From NCBI GenBank assembly GCA_024654105.1, contig JANLID010000046.1, positions 1 through 45,572 on the forward strand: a stretch of 45,572 nt of DNA, written 5' to 3'. Positions within the stretch are counted from its first letter, which is position 1. Each line of letters begins with the position of its first letter. The translations under genes were made by a program, and so were the position numbers. The notes below the pieces were generated by a model. That model saw only the letters and a program-made list of their open reading frames with translations. It made no database searches and had not been told where the DNA came from. Below are positions 18,792 through 27,020 of this stretch, piece after piece. The DNA is from Gallionella sp. (GTDB lineage: Bacteria > Pseudomonadota > Gammaproteobacteria > Burkholderiales > Gallionellaceae).

Positions 18792-18983
18792 ATGTTACCA
18801 GACCAAGCAATGTTCAACGAAGCCAATATCTCCCGCACTCTAGTCGCTGACGCACTAGCCGGACGGTGCGCGCAACTGGCTGGGGAGAAGGCGCAGCTTG
18901 AGAATCAGCTAGCCGAGTACGCCGCGAAATTCGAGGCGATGAAAAAGGAAGTCGAAGATTTGAAAGCCGCGCAGGATAAATAA
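18792..18983 (+). CDS. Small coiled-coil protein (possible fibre chaperone)
   Basis: AGGAG RBS, heptad pattern, position. Confidence 0.55.
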   Translation: MLPDQAMFNEANISRTLVADALAGRCAQLAGEKAQLENQLAEYAAKFEAMKKEVEDLKAAQDK

Positions 18984-18999
18984 GCGAAAGGAACGCGCC

Positions 19000-19296
19000 A
19001 TGCAATTAGCTGATGTCTCTTTGTTCAACATTCTTGTGTCATTGCTGATGGTCGTATTCGGCTTTCTACTGAATCGCGTGTTCGGCGAGATCGACAAAAT
19101 ATCCGCTGCGAATGGGAAGCTCAAAGATGAATTGCTTCGGGATTACGTGCCGAAGGAGGACTTTATTCGACACTCAGAACAAGAGATTCGCACATCGGAG
19201 AAGATGGCTGAAAACATCGGCAAGCGGTTCGACAAGCTGGACATCTTGCTCGAAGCGGTACGTGTGAAACAGCAGACCAGATCGTCTGACAAATGA
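19000..19296 (+). CDS. Single-TM coiled-coil protein of the lysis cassette
   Basis: N-terminal TM segment, YVPKEDF motif. Confidence 0.6.
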   Translation: MQLADVSLFNILVSLLMVVFGFLLNRVFGEIDKISAANGKLKDELLRDYVPKEDFIRHSEQEIRTSEKMAENIGKRFDKLDILLEAVRVKQQTRSSDK

Positions 19297-19508
19297 AAAC
19301 CGCTCTATTGTTTGTTGCCCTGTTACTTACCGGATGCGCGAGCGTGCCCCAGCTTCCGCCGTGCGAGCAAGTGCCGATGATGGTGATCCCTACGGCCAAC
19401 GGTAATCTGTTCGCGTTTTCCGAGACCGGCATTCTCGCGCTTGCCGGCATGATTAAGGATGTGCAAGATCGGGAGTGCCGGATCAAGGGAGAGGAGGCGG
19501 AATCATGA
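19293..19508 (+). CDS. Lipoprotein (possible outer spanin)
   Basis: Lipobox LTGC; lies in the lysis cassette. Confidence 0.55.
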   Translation: MKTALLFVALLLTGCASVPQLPPCEQVPMMVIPTANGNLFAFSETGILALAGMIKDVQDRECRIKGEEAES

Positions 19509-20014
19509 ACGAACTGATCAAACTCGCACCAACGATACTCGGCTTTCTCGGCGGTCCCGCGGGTGGCCTCGCCGGAGCAGGGTTGCAGTGGCTCGCCGGG
19601 AAACTCGGCGCCAAGGACTCCACGGTTAGCGCCATCAAGGACGCGCTGCAAGGCTTCCGGCCCGAAGACGCCATCGCGCTGCGCAAACTGGACATCGAGT
19701 TCCAAGAGTTCGCGATGGCGAATGGGATCAAGATCGACTTGGCACAAATTGCAGTTAACCAGGAGGAAGCGAAGTCGCTCAACGTGTTCGTCGCAGGCTG
19801 GCGGCCATTCGTCGGTTGGGTGTGCGGCGCGGGCCTCGCTTACGTGGCGCTGGTGGAACCCCTCGCGCGCTTCATCGCGCAGGTGGCATTCGGGTACGCA
19901 GGCGCGTTCCCCGCGATCGATACTTCGCTGACCATGCAAGTGCTGATCGGCATGTTGGGTCTGGGCGCAATGCGCAGCGTGGAAAAAGTCAAAGACGCAG
20001 AAGATAATCGATGA
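19505..20014 (+). CDS. Holin, 3TM (GTA-holin-like)
   Basis: FVAGWRPFVGWVCG and GMLGLGAMRSVEKVK. Confidence 0.85.
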   Translation: MNELIKLAPTILGFLGGPAGGLAGAGLQWLAGKLGAKDSTVSAIKDALQGFRPEDAIALRKLDIEFQEFAMANGIKIDLAQIAVNQEEAKSLNVFVAGWRPFVGWVCGAGLAYVALVEPLARFIAQVAFGYAGAFPAIDTSLTMQVLIGMLGLGAMRSVEKVKDAEDNR

Positions 20015-20139
20015 CCTACATACACCGCCGTACGGCCGCTAAAGCCATACCAAGGGCTATCCTAGCCAAAGACTGCCGTGGACGCCCTACGCTGGCCCTT
20101 ACGTGGCTGTGGCGCACGTTTCTGTGGACGCCAGCATGA
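20011..20139 (+). CDS. Putative 42-aa peptide between holin and endolysin
   Basis: ATGA overlaps at both ends. Confidence 0.4.
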   Translation: MTYIHRRTAAKAIPRAILAKDCRGRPTLALTWLWRTFLWTPA

Positions 20140-20558
20140 CCTACCTCGAAATAGCCCAGGCGCAGCTGCCCATAGACGAAGGCGTCATTTCGCACGCCTA
20201 TCAAGATAGTCTTGGGTTCTGGACAATCGGGGTGGGCAGGCTGATCGATCAGCGCAGGGGCGGGAAGCTATCCGAGGACGAAATAGCCCTGCTGCTCAAG
20301 AATGACATTGCCGAAGCCGACAAGTCAGCCAGGGCTGTATTCCCGGCCTTCGACAGCCTCTCAGAGCCGCGCAAGGCGGTACTGGTGAACATGGCCTTCA
20401 ACCTCGGTCAAGCGCGTCTGGCGGGCTTTGTGAACACCCTGAGGGCCCTTGCGGACGGAAGGTACGACGACGCGGCAGACGGTATGCTGGCGAGCAAGTG
20501 GGCTGTTCAGGTAGGTGCCCGGGCGCATCGGCTGGCCGGGATCATGCGGGCGGGGTAA
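20136..20558 (+). CDS. Endolysin, T4-lysozyme (GH24) family
   Basis: DEG....YQDSLGFWTIGVG catalytic E/D/T, NMAFNLG, SKWAVQVGARA. Confidence 0.92.
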   Translation: MTYLEIAQAQLPIDEGVISHAYQDSLGFWTIGVGRLIDQRRGGKLSEDEIALLLKNDIAEADKSARAVFPAFDSLSEPRKAVLVNMAFNLGQARLAGFVNTLRALADGRYDDAADGMLASKWAVQVGARAHRLAGIMRAG

Positions 20559-20641
20559 TGTGCAACCCGGCAGCCCCGAATGGTGGGAGGCGGTCAGGAA
20601 GGCGGCGCAGTGGCGGGCAAAGGTTGGGGCGCGGTAGGCAA

Positions 20642-20668
20642 ATGAAAAGCCCCCGATGTGGGGGCTTA
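20642..20668 (-). terminator. Intrinsic terminator of the convergent minus-strand gene
   Basis: Minus strand AAGCCCC-ACATCG-GGGGCTT followed by TTCATT. Confidence 0.6.
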
Positions 20669-20694
20669 GGTTTGTGCAGGCCGTGGCCGCAGGT

Positions 20695-21003
20695 TCAGGT
20701 ATAAGGTCTGTGAGTCGGCGCCGTGGCCACACCGAGCCGCCCACCTCCTGAGGCGGCGCTTTGGGGCGCGATCAGCGCGACGGCATTGCCGGCGACGATT
20801 GGCGAGTTCACAGTCAATTTACAATCGGCCTGCGCCGCCGAGGGCGTACTAAGCCCAAGGGCAGGCACCGCATCGACTTGCACCGCAGTCGGCATTGGCG
20901 CGAGATACTTGGTATCCGCGCTTACGCCAACAGGCGCAGCGATGGCGGAAAGGCCGAATAGCGCGGCGAAGATGATCCACGCCGCAATCAGGAGATACCG
21001 CAT
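20695..21003 (-). CDS. Secreted/membrane protein, hypothetical
   Basis: AAGGAG RBS, signal-peptide-like N-terminus. Confidence 0.6.
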   Translation of the reverse strand: MRYLLIAAWIIFAALFGLSAIAAPVGVSADTKYLAPMPTAVQVDAVPALGLSTPSAAQADCKLTVNSPIVAGNAVALIAPQSAASGGGRLGVATAPTHRPYT

Positions 21004-21282
21004 AATTGCTCCTTTCCTGTTACCGGCAGACCGTACCGGCGCGGTTTCGAGTAGCTACCCGTTACCGGGAAGTTTCATCGTACTAGATTTCGGTTTCCTT
21101 AGCAACATCACCCCTAGCCATAGCGGCAATGAGCGCCGCTGTTTCGTAGGTTCATAGCCTGTAACAGAGTGAAAGGCTATATTTGTTAGAGTATCACGGC
21201 TTTTTGCAGGTTCGGCCTAAAAGTACAGACGCTTTCAATAAGTAGTTGAAAATAAACAATAACAATTTGCTGAAAATGTGAT

Positions 21283-21666
21283 CTATATCATTGACACGTT
21301 TTCAGCCTTTAGGCTCATTAGTATGGAAACGGCTCGCTTGTGATCTTCTGTGATTCCGGTAAGAAACAGATTTGAACTCCCGAGGCATTTCCCATCTTTG
21401 TACAAGCTACCCGTTATGGCGTCCATATAAAAGTTCGGCTGGTGGTCGCAAAATACGCGACCGTTACTAGAAACGCACAGCTTATGCTCTTTGATCCATT
21501 TCGCTTTTGATGCTCTTGTGGCGCCTGCATTAAAACATTCCCTGGCAATGGCGTAGCTTCCGTGGTCGCTAATAACAAGAATTCTTTCTCTATCCTTCGC
21601 CGCCACCCGGCTTGTATACTTCGTGTATTCCCGTTCTTTCATTATCCGCATATTTCCTCCGTTCAT
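21283..21666 (-). CDS. Hypothetical protein (AT-rich)
   Basis: 127 aa; GGAGG precedes the internal Met, so the start may be a few codons downstream. Confidence 0.6.
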   Translation of the reverse strand: MNGGNMRIMKEREYTKYTSRVAAKDRERILVISDHGSYAIARECFNAGATRASKAKWIKEHKLCVSSNGRVFCDHQPNFYMDAITGSLYKDGKCLGSSNLFLTGITEDHKRAVSILMSLKAENVSMI

Positions 21667-21724
21667 TCCGTCTTCGCCTGCTGAAGTCGTTCGCCAAGCA
21701 GAACAAGCCCCTTAATCTGCTGGC

Positions 21725-21749
21725 AGTTGTAAAGTAATTCTTTACAACT
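21725..21749. repeat. Perfect 10-bp inverted repeat with 5-bp spacer
   Basis: AGTTGTAAAG-TAATT-CTTTACAACT. Confidence 0.85.
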
Positions 21750-21771
21750 CAAGCAAAATTCGAAAGTGTAT

Positions 21772-22851
21772 TTAGGCACCTTGCGCTTTCCTGCGGTCGA
21801 TTTCTTTTTGCAACAAAACTGCTGTTACAGGACAGCGCTCGCTGAATAGAAAGGCTACCGCCTCCTCCATCCCAGCCAGTTCAGCCTCCAGCCGCAGGGC
21901 TTCGGCGGTGGCGGCAGCGGTTGCTTTGAGCGTATTAAAGCACCGCATGAAATAACCACCTTGGTGATACGCTGCTTTCAGTCCGCGCTCAACTTCATCC
22001 CACTCTGGGGCCGCAGCAGGCGCAGGAGATGGGGATGTGTGGCCTGCCATTTGCCCATCTTGCTGCTGGCGAGGCTCCTGCGCTGCCGCGACTCGGTCTT
22101 GCGCCACTGGCTGGAGGGCGCGGATTGCTGCTGCGCAATCATCATCTTCCTCGTCCATTGATTCGTATATTTCGCCAGCTTTCCCCTCGTAGTAGGTAGC
22201 GCCGGTATCATACTCTGTCGTCCCAAACTCGCCAAAGCGTTCATATGCACGTTTCTCGCACACCTTCGCGCACCTTTCCCGCGTCTCAGCGAACACGGCG
22301 GCAAGGCGGTGGTCCGCCTGCATCCGCTGAAGGGTCTGTTCATCTGCGCGCTGTTCAGCTTTTTCTCGGCGGGATTCGGCATTGGCGATCTTGGCTTCGG
22401 CGGCGGTGGCGCGTTGCAGTCTATTCTTGACCGTCTGATTACAGGGAACAAACCAAGCGGCCTTCTGCCCGTTCCCCCAATCTACAGACAATCCTAGTTC
22501 TCCTGCATCAAGTTCCCATGCAATGATTTCCGCTTTGGAGATAGCCCTAAGTTTGCGATCCGCCTCCTTCCTCTCCGTGCGCTCATGTTCCAGCGCGCCC
22601 TCAAACGCATCCCGTTCCTGCGCGATCATGTCATTCGCCCTGCGCTCACCCTCAAGCTCCTCCCGCAGCCGCATGTGGTCGGCAGCGTGGATCCATGCTC
22701 CGGGCTCGGGGGGTTTGGATTGATTGTCCCGTAGGTAGCGGATGGCGGCGGAAGCGTCACGGCAGATCATGTCATCAGGGGACAGGTCAGCTTCGATAAT
22801 TGCCTGCATATCCAGCCGCGCCTGGATAACCAGCAGTTCGTCGTCGGTCAT
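21772..22851 (-). CDS. Mosaic coiled-coil early protein, hypothetical
   Basis: 359 aa; RERCAKVCE...CAAAIRAL motif common in phage early genes. Confidence 0.65.
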   Translation of the reverse strand: MTDDELLVIQARLDMQAIIEADLSPDDMICRDASAAIRYLRDNQSKPPEPGAWIHAADHMRLREELEGERRANDMIAQERDAFEGALEHERTERKEADRKLRAISKAEIIAWELDAGELGLSVDWGNGQKAAWFVPCNQTVKNRLQRATAAEAKIANAESRREKAEQRADEQTLQRMQADHRLAAVFAETRERCAKVCEKRAYERFGEFGTTEYDTGATYYEGKAGEIYESMDEEDDDCAAAIRALQPVAQDRVAAAQEPRQQQDGQMAGHTSPSPAPAAAPEWDEVERGLKAAYHQGGYFMRCFNTLKATAAATAEALRLEAELAGMEEAVAFLFSERCPVTAVLLQKEIDRRKAQGA

Positions 22852-22853
22852 GG

Positions 22854-23033
22854 CTAGTATCCTTTTTTATAGTACTGACGATCGTTTTCGCTCAAATCCT
22901 TTTCGTCTCCAAATACATCATCCCACGGCTCAAAAGGATCGTTCTTACGCATCACGTCATTGTGAGGCGCGAATGGGTCGTTGCGATTCATCACGTCATT
23001 CCAAGGCGCAAACGGGTCACGATTTCGCATCAT
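22854..23033 (-). CDS. 59-aa microprotein with three 13-aa repeats
   Basis: AGGAG RBS; MRNRDPFAPWNDV / MNRNDPFAPHNDV / MRKNDPFEPWDDV. Confidence 0.7.
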   Translation of the reverse strand: MMRNRDPFAPWNDVMNRNDPFAPHNDVMRKNDPFEPWDDVFGDEKDLSENDRQYYKKGY

Positions 23034-23385
23034 CGTCTCCTATCGCAGCGCGGGAAACAAGCGGGCGTTTCTGGTATTCCGCGTTGGCGATTTGCCGGAT
23101 CTCAGCCACTAAATCGCGCCAGGTGTATTCATGTTCGTCAAGGTTTTCGATGGCGATCAGAATGCGTCTGTATCCATCGCTGTACGACTCCCCCTGCTCG
23201 GCCTGCGCTTGGGCGGCGGAGAGTTCGTGTTCGAGTTGGCGAGTAAAGTCTAGAATCGCCTTTTCTCGATGTGGCCCTACTGCCATATTCGATACTGCAT
23301 CCGTCCTCGGCGTCTGCTCGCTCACGTCCGTTGACCCCTGCCTATGTGGAGAATATTTGATGCTGTCGTCAGCGGTGTTGCTCAT
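23017..23385 (-). CDS. Hypothetical protein (TPRT...RQLE motif)
   Basis: Coupled ORF; shares segments with its neighbour. Confidence 0.55.
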   Translation of the reverse strand: MSNTADDSIKYSPHRQGSTDVSEQTPRTDAVSNMAVGPHREKAILDFTRQLEHELSAAQAQAEQGESYSDGYRRILIAIENLDEHEYTWRDLVAEIRQIANAEYQKRPLVSRAAIGDDDAKS

Positions 23386-23726
23386 GGCTCAATATCCTGT
23401 AGGTCACGCACCAAATTAGTAATCTCCTGTTTGAGTTCGTCGATCTGCGCTTGGGCAGCGGAGAGTTCGGCTTCGAGTTGGCGGGCAGTAATAGCCTGCT
23501 CAAAAACATGCCTCCAATCGCAATCGTTTAACTGCTCTATTGGTGCTCGCCAAATAGTTTCAATTTCTGATTCAGAGTAACGAGTCCTCGGCGTCTGCTC
23601 GTTCATGGTCTTCTCCAATACTCTAACTTCTCTTACCTGCGCTTGCACCGTTGGCGAGGCGAGGATATGTTGTACGGGGACAGAGATTCTTCCGCTCCCG
23701 CAAAAGTCAAGCCGCCGCTCGCTCAT
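23382..23726 (-). CDS. Hypothetical protein (TPRT...RQLE motif)
   Basis: Coupled ORF; start may be the internal MNEQ. Confidence 0.55.
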   Translation of the reverse strand: MSERRLDFCGSGRISVPVQHILASPTVQAQVREVRVLEKTMNEQTPRTRYSESEIETIWRAPIEQLNDCDWRHVFEQAITARQLEAELSAAQAQIDELKQEITNLVRDLQDIEP

Positions 23727-24415
23727 GGCTGTTTCCCCTCCTGTAGGGCGGCGTCACACATTGCGTCAATCCTGCTCGGTATATCCTCATCTAAGGCCAT
23801 GTCTGGACATTGGACGCACATACTGTTAGCAAGAAACCGTGGTGCAATGTGCATTCGCGCAATTCGATACCGCTTCGCATCAAGCGCGTCCTGCTCGCTT
23901 GACCGCTCCCACAACACTTCTACTACCCGTCCCTCGTCATCCTGGCGAGTGAGCGCAACGACCTCGTTCTTTTCGTTTCTGGTGAGAACGAATTCGCTGG
24001 GAGTGGCCTGCGGTGGGGAGGCGTAGTAGGCAATGATTTTAGATTTGTCCGGCCATGTAGACATAACGGCCTTACTCGCTGTGCAGTCATCCAATCCATC
24101 ATCTGCAATGTGATAGCGCCACACCACCGGCTCCTGCTGTTCGGCAACAGGCTTTCCAGCATACTCGCATGGCCAAGGAACTCCGCAGACAACACAATAT
24201 CCATGCAATTTCCCTTGCTCTGGATTGTGTTCTGAACCGCAGCACATTCTGTGCGCTACCAGTTGCGCTGTTCGTTCCTGCAACGAGGGCCCTTGCTGCT
24301 CGGTCATGAGGCGGCGGGCGAATTCGATAATCACGTCAGCGTTTTCTTCAACTTCCTCGTTGCCTAATACGTCCTTCGCAATCCGCAGCGTCCTTTGTTC
24401 CAGTGACTCGCTCAT
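23723..24415 (-). CDS. Hypothetical early protein
   Basis: CVVCGVPWPC and DAKRYR motifs; ATGA overlap. Confidence 0.6.
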   Translation of the reverse strand: MSESLEQRTLRIAKDVLGNEEVEENADVIIEFARRLMTEQQGPSLQERTAQLVAHRMCCGSEHNPEQGKLHGYCVVCGVPWPCEYAGKPVAEQQEPVVWRYHIADDGLDDCTASKAVMSTWPDKSKIIAYYASPPQATPSEFVLTRNEKNEVVALTRQDDEGRVVEVLWERSSEQDALDAKRYRIARMHIAPRFLANSMCVQCPDMALDEDIPSRIDAMCDAALQEGKQP

Positions 24416-24417
24416 CC

Positions 24418-24810
24418 CTAGACCTCCTTAAACAGCACTTCCTGCAACGGCTTTCCGCAGTAGCAGCAAAACGCCATCTTGTTTTCGCTGGGTGTACCCT
24501 CGGAAATGATGTAGGCATTGCCGCAGCCGGTGAACCAATTGCCGTCCTCGTCCTCAGACCATGTGCAGGTGTCGGTCACCGGCTTCTGCGGATCGGCCAG
24601 CAGGCGCTCAATGCGCTCAATGTTCTTGAACATTTCAGCGAATTCAGTAGTCGGCGCAAGCTCCTTTGTTTCGGACGTTTGCACACCGTACTGAGCGATC
24701 AACTGAATCAATCGATCGGTTATCGGAGTTTCGCTCACCGCCGCCTCAGTAAGCGCCAGCGCCTCGCCAAAGCCTTCGGTCATTTCCTTATCCGCGTCGT
24801 CGATGTTCAA
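24418..24810 (-). CDS. Hypothetical Zn-ribbon protein
   Basis: CTW...TGCG...FCCYCGK. Confidence 0.6.
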   Translation of the reverse strand: MNIDDADKEMTEGFGEALALTEAAVSETPITDRLIQLIAQYGVQTSETKELAPTTEFAEMFKNIERIERLLADPQKPVTDTCTWSEDEDGNWFTGCGNAYIISEGTPSENKMAFCCYCGKPLQEVLFKEV

Positions 24811-24998
24811 AGTTTATCCTCCCGCCGAAGTAGAATATCGAATCGTTCCCTCCATTGCGCAACTTCTTGTTCCATTCTGGTTGCTCGCGCCCGATAGGCA
24901 TCTCGATCCACGCGTACCTGATAAAACTCCTTTTTCAGCAGTTTGTGATCAGATTTGAGTCTGCGCAATTGCGTTGCCTCTGATGGTAGTTTGCTCAT
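24807..24998 (-). CDS. Hypothetical coiled-coil protein
   Basis: GGAGG RBS. Confidence 0.55.
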   Translation of the reverse strand: MSKLPSEATQLRRLKSDHKLLKKEFYQVRVDRDAYRARATRMEQEVAQWRERFDILLRREDKL

Positions 24999-25029
24999 TA
25001 CTTCGCCCTCCTGATCTTGCGTTGCTCGG

Positions 25030-26190
25030 TTATGCGGCTTGACGTTCTTCGGCAAGGAAATCGTCGATCAGATCCGCGATAACCTTGAATTCGGCAAGAT
25101 GGCCGTACATGCGAACGAAACCGGAGAGCTGCGCCCATCCGTCTTTGATCTCGTTTTCACGAATTCTTTTCTGACGCTCGGCCTCATACTTTGCATCGCG
25201 CTCGGCTTTTTCCTTCGCTTCTACCGCTTCCCGTTCCCGGCGCTGCGCATCCTCGACGGCGCGGCGTTCCTTGGCGATCCTATCGGCCTCGGCTTGCAGG
25301 CGTTGCTCTTCCGCTTGACGAATGCTTCGCAGCCTGTCCTCTTCGGTTAGCCTGGCGTCCAATGCCTCCTTATCGGCCTTTGCCCTTGCCTGCCTTGCTT
25401 CGCGCTCCTGGGCCTCGATTGCGGCCCTGCTAGCGCGCTCCGCTTCCTCGATCTTTGCGCGGGCAGCGCGGGCGGCTTCGGCCTCCTGCTGGCGTGCAAC
25501 TTCCATCCGATCAAATTCGGCCCGGGCCCTGGCTTCCAATTCGGCGCGCTGTTTTTCCAGTTCTTTTTTGTTGCGCTCGAAATCAGCCTTTTCGTCAGCT
25601 ATCCGTTTAGCTTCGGCAGCGGCAGCTTGCTCTTGAGCGAAGGCGCCCGCGTGAAGCTGTTGCAGGCTCGCTACAGCACTGGCTCTGGCTTTCTCTGCCT
25701 GTGGGATGAATTCTTCCGCCCATTCGGTCAGGTCATATTCCTGAATGTCCGCTATGCGCTTGGCGAGTTCAGCGGCAGACTTTCCGGCCATACTTGAAAC
25801 GATCATGTGCAGATCCGTGATGGCTTGAGTGATAGCTGCGACACGCTGATTCTCGGCAATGATTTCGCGCTCTTTCCTGCCTTCCTCGACGGCGATTTGT
25901 GCCTGTATCGGTTCTTCGATCTTCAGCAGTTCGGCGGTGATGTACTTTGCCTTTGCGTCCAGACTGCGGCCAAGTTCAAGGATAGGTGCTTTCGCTGCCT
26001 TGCGGATTTCCTCAGCGGAATAACGCGGCTTGCGAATTGCAGCGCGGGCAGCAAGCGCTTCTTTCATGCCTGCTGGCGTTGTTACCGGAAACACAACGCC
26101 TGCATACGTAGCCCGCAATTCAGCAAGACCGGCCTCGATCTTACTGAATTCGGTTAGGGCGGTTTCAACCTTGGTCAGTTCAGTGTTCAT
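25030..26190 (-). CDS. Long coiled-coil protein of the phage recombination region
   Basis: 386 aa, E/A/R-rich, adjacent to the SSB-like gene. Confidence 0.7.
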   Translation of the reverse strand: MNTELTKVETALTEFSKIEAGLAELRATYAGVVFPVTTPAGMKEALAARAAIRKPRYSAEEIRKAAKAPILELGRSLDAKAKYITAELLKIEEPIQAQIAVEEGRKEREIIAENQRVAAITQAITDLHMIVSSMAGKSAAELAKRIADIQEYDLTEWAEEFIPQAEKARASAVASLQQLHAGAFAQEQAAAAEAKRIADEKADFERNKKELEKQRAELEARARAEFDRMEVARQQEAEAARAARAKIEEAERASRAAIEAQEREARQARAKADKEALDARLTEEDRLRSIRQAEEQRLQAEADRIAKERRAVEDAQRREREAVEAKEKAERDAKYEAERQKRIRENEIKDGWAQLSGFVRMYGHLAEFKVIADLIDDFLAEERQAA

Positions 26191-26199
26191 GATTTGGCC

Positions 26200-26943
26200 T
26201 CAGAACGGAATACTGTCTGTCACGTCATCCTGCCAAGGAAGGTCGTCCGGCATGTCATCGAACGGGTTGCGTGTATTTGGCGCATCATCAAGCGGAGCAT
26301 CGGCAGGCGGACGCGCAACCTGTTGAACGCGAGTGCGCCCGAAATAGCTGGTCAGGAATTCTTGCAGCGTCTTGTCAAGTTCATTTGCCTTCGCATCGCT
26401 TTCCTCGCCCAATTCAGCGATACCGAATATCGGTGTACGGAAAACAATCTTGCCCTTTTTCCCTTCGTTGAACCCCTTGCAGCGCACGGCTTTTTTGTAC
26501 AGGTCGGCACGATGGGCTTTGGAGAATTCCATCCAAGCAGAAAGTGCCGCGCCCTTAAACTGGATTGATCCGAGCGCGAGAGCATCATCAATCTTGATGG
26601 CAACGTACAGATTGGCGGTGAAGTGTCCGCCGTGCGCAATGATCCGGTCGCGGATTGCTTTGTAATTGCCTTCGGCCAAGGTGCCGCCTTTAAACGACTT
26701 GACCACAAGCGCGTCCTGGGTGATATCGCGTATTTCGTTCGAGAAAATGCCGCTCTCGCTGGCGTCGTGCCAGCCCTTGATAGTCGCCAATTGATCCAAT
26801 AAGATGAACGTCATGGCATTGCCAAGCGATACGTTTTCTTTTTTCGATTTGTCGTAGTACCGAAATTCCCCGTTGCTGCCGTCCCACTCAATCCAGCGCG
26901 CGCAGGGATGCGGCATGTTGTCGGTCGGGTTTGATCTGCTCAT
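26200..26943 (-). CDS. Putative single-stranded DNA-binding protein (non-canonical)
   Basis: Acidic tail ending DDVTDSIPF; AGGAG RBS before MSRSNP. Confidence 0.6.
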   Translation of the reverse strand: MSRSNPTDNMPHPCARWIEWDGSNGEFRYYDKSKKENVSLGNAMTFILLDQLATIKGWHDASESGIFSNEIRDITQDALVVKSFKGGTLAEGNYKAIRDRIIAHGGHFTANLYVAIKIDDALALGSIQFKGAALSAWMEFSKAHRADLYKKAVRCKGFNEGKKGKIVFRTPIFGIAELGEESDAKANELDKTLQEFLTSYFGRTRVQQVARPPADAPLDDAPNTRNPFDDMPDDLPWQDDVTDSIPF

Positions 26944-27020
26944 TTCTTGCTCCTGTTGTTGAACCTGTTGATAAAACTGGATACCGCCATCGTTTGAATC
27001 GTCAAACACGAAGCGCCCTC

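Noticed and set aside
20575-20635. SRP-RNA-like GGTCAGGAAGG segment
   Set aside because: Lacks the CAGG...GGAA...AGCAG helix 8 geometry.
21001-21180. Hammerhead ribozyme or c-di-GMP riboswitch
   Set aside because: GAAAC elements are present, but there is no intact CTGATGA core or riboswitch consensus.
22900-23033. CRISPR-like mini-array
   Set aside because: The repeats are contiguous 39-nt in-frame coding repeats with no spacers, and no cas genes are present.
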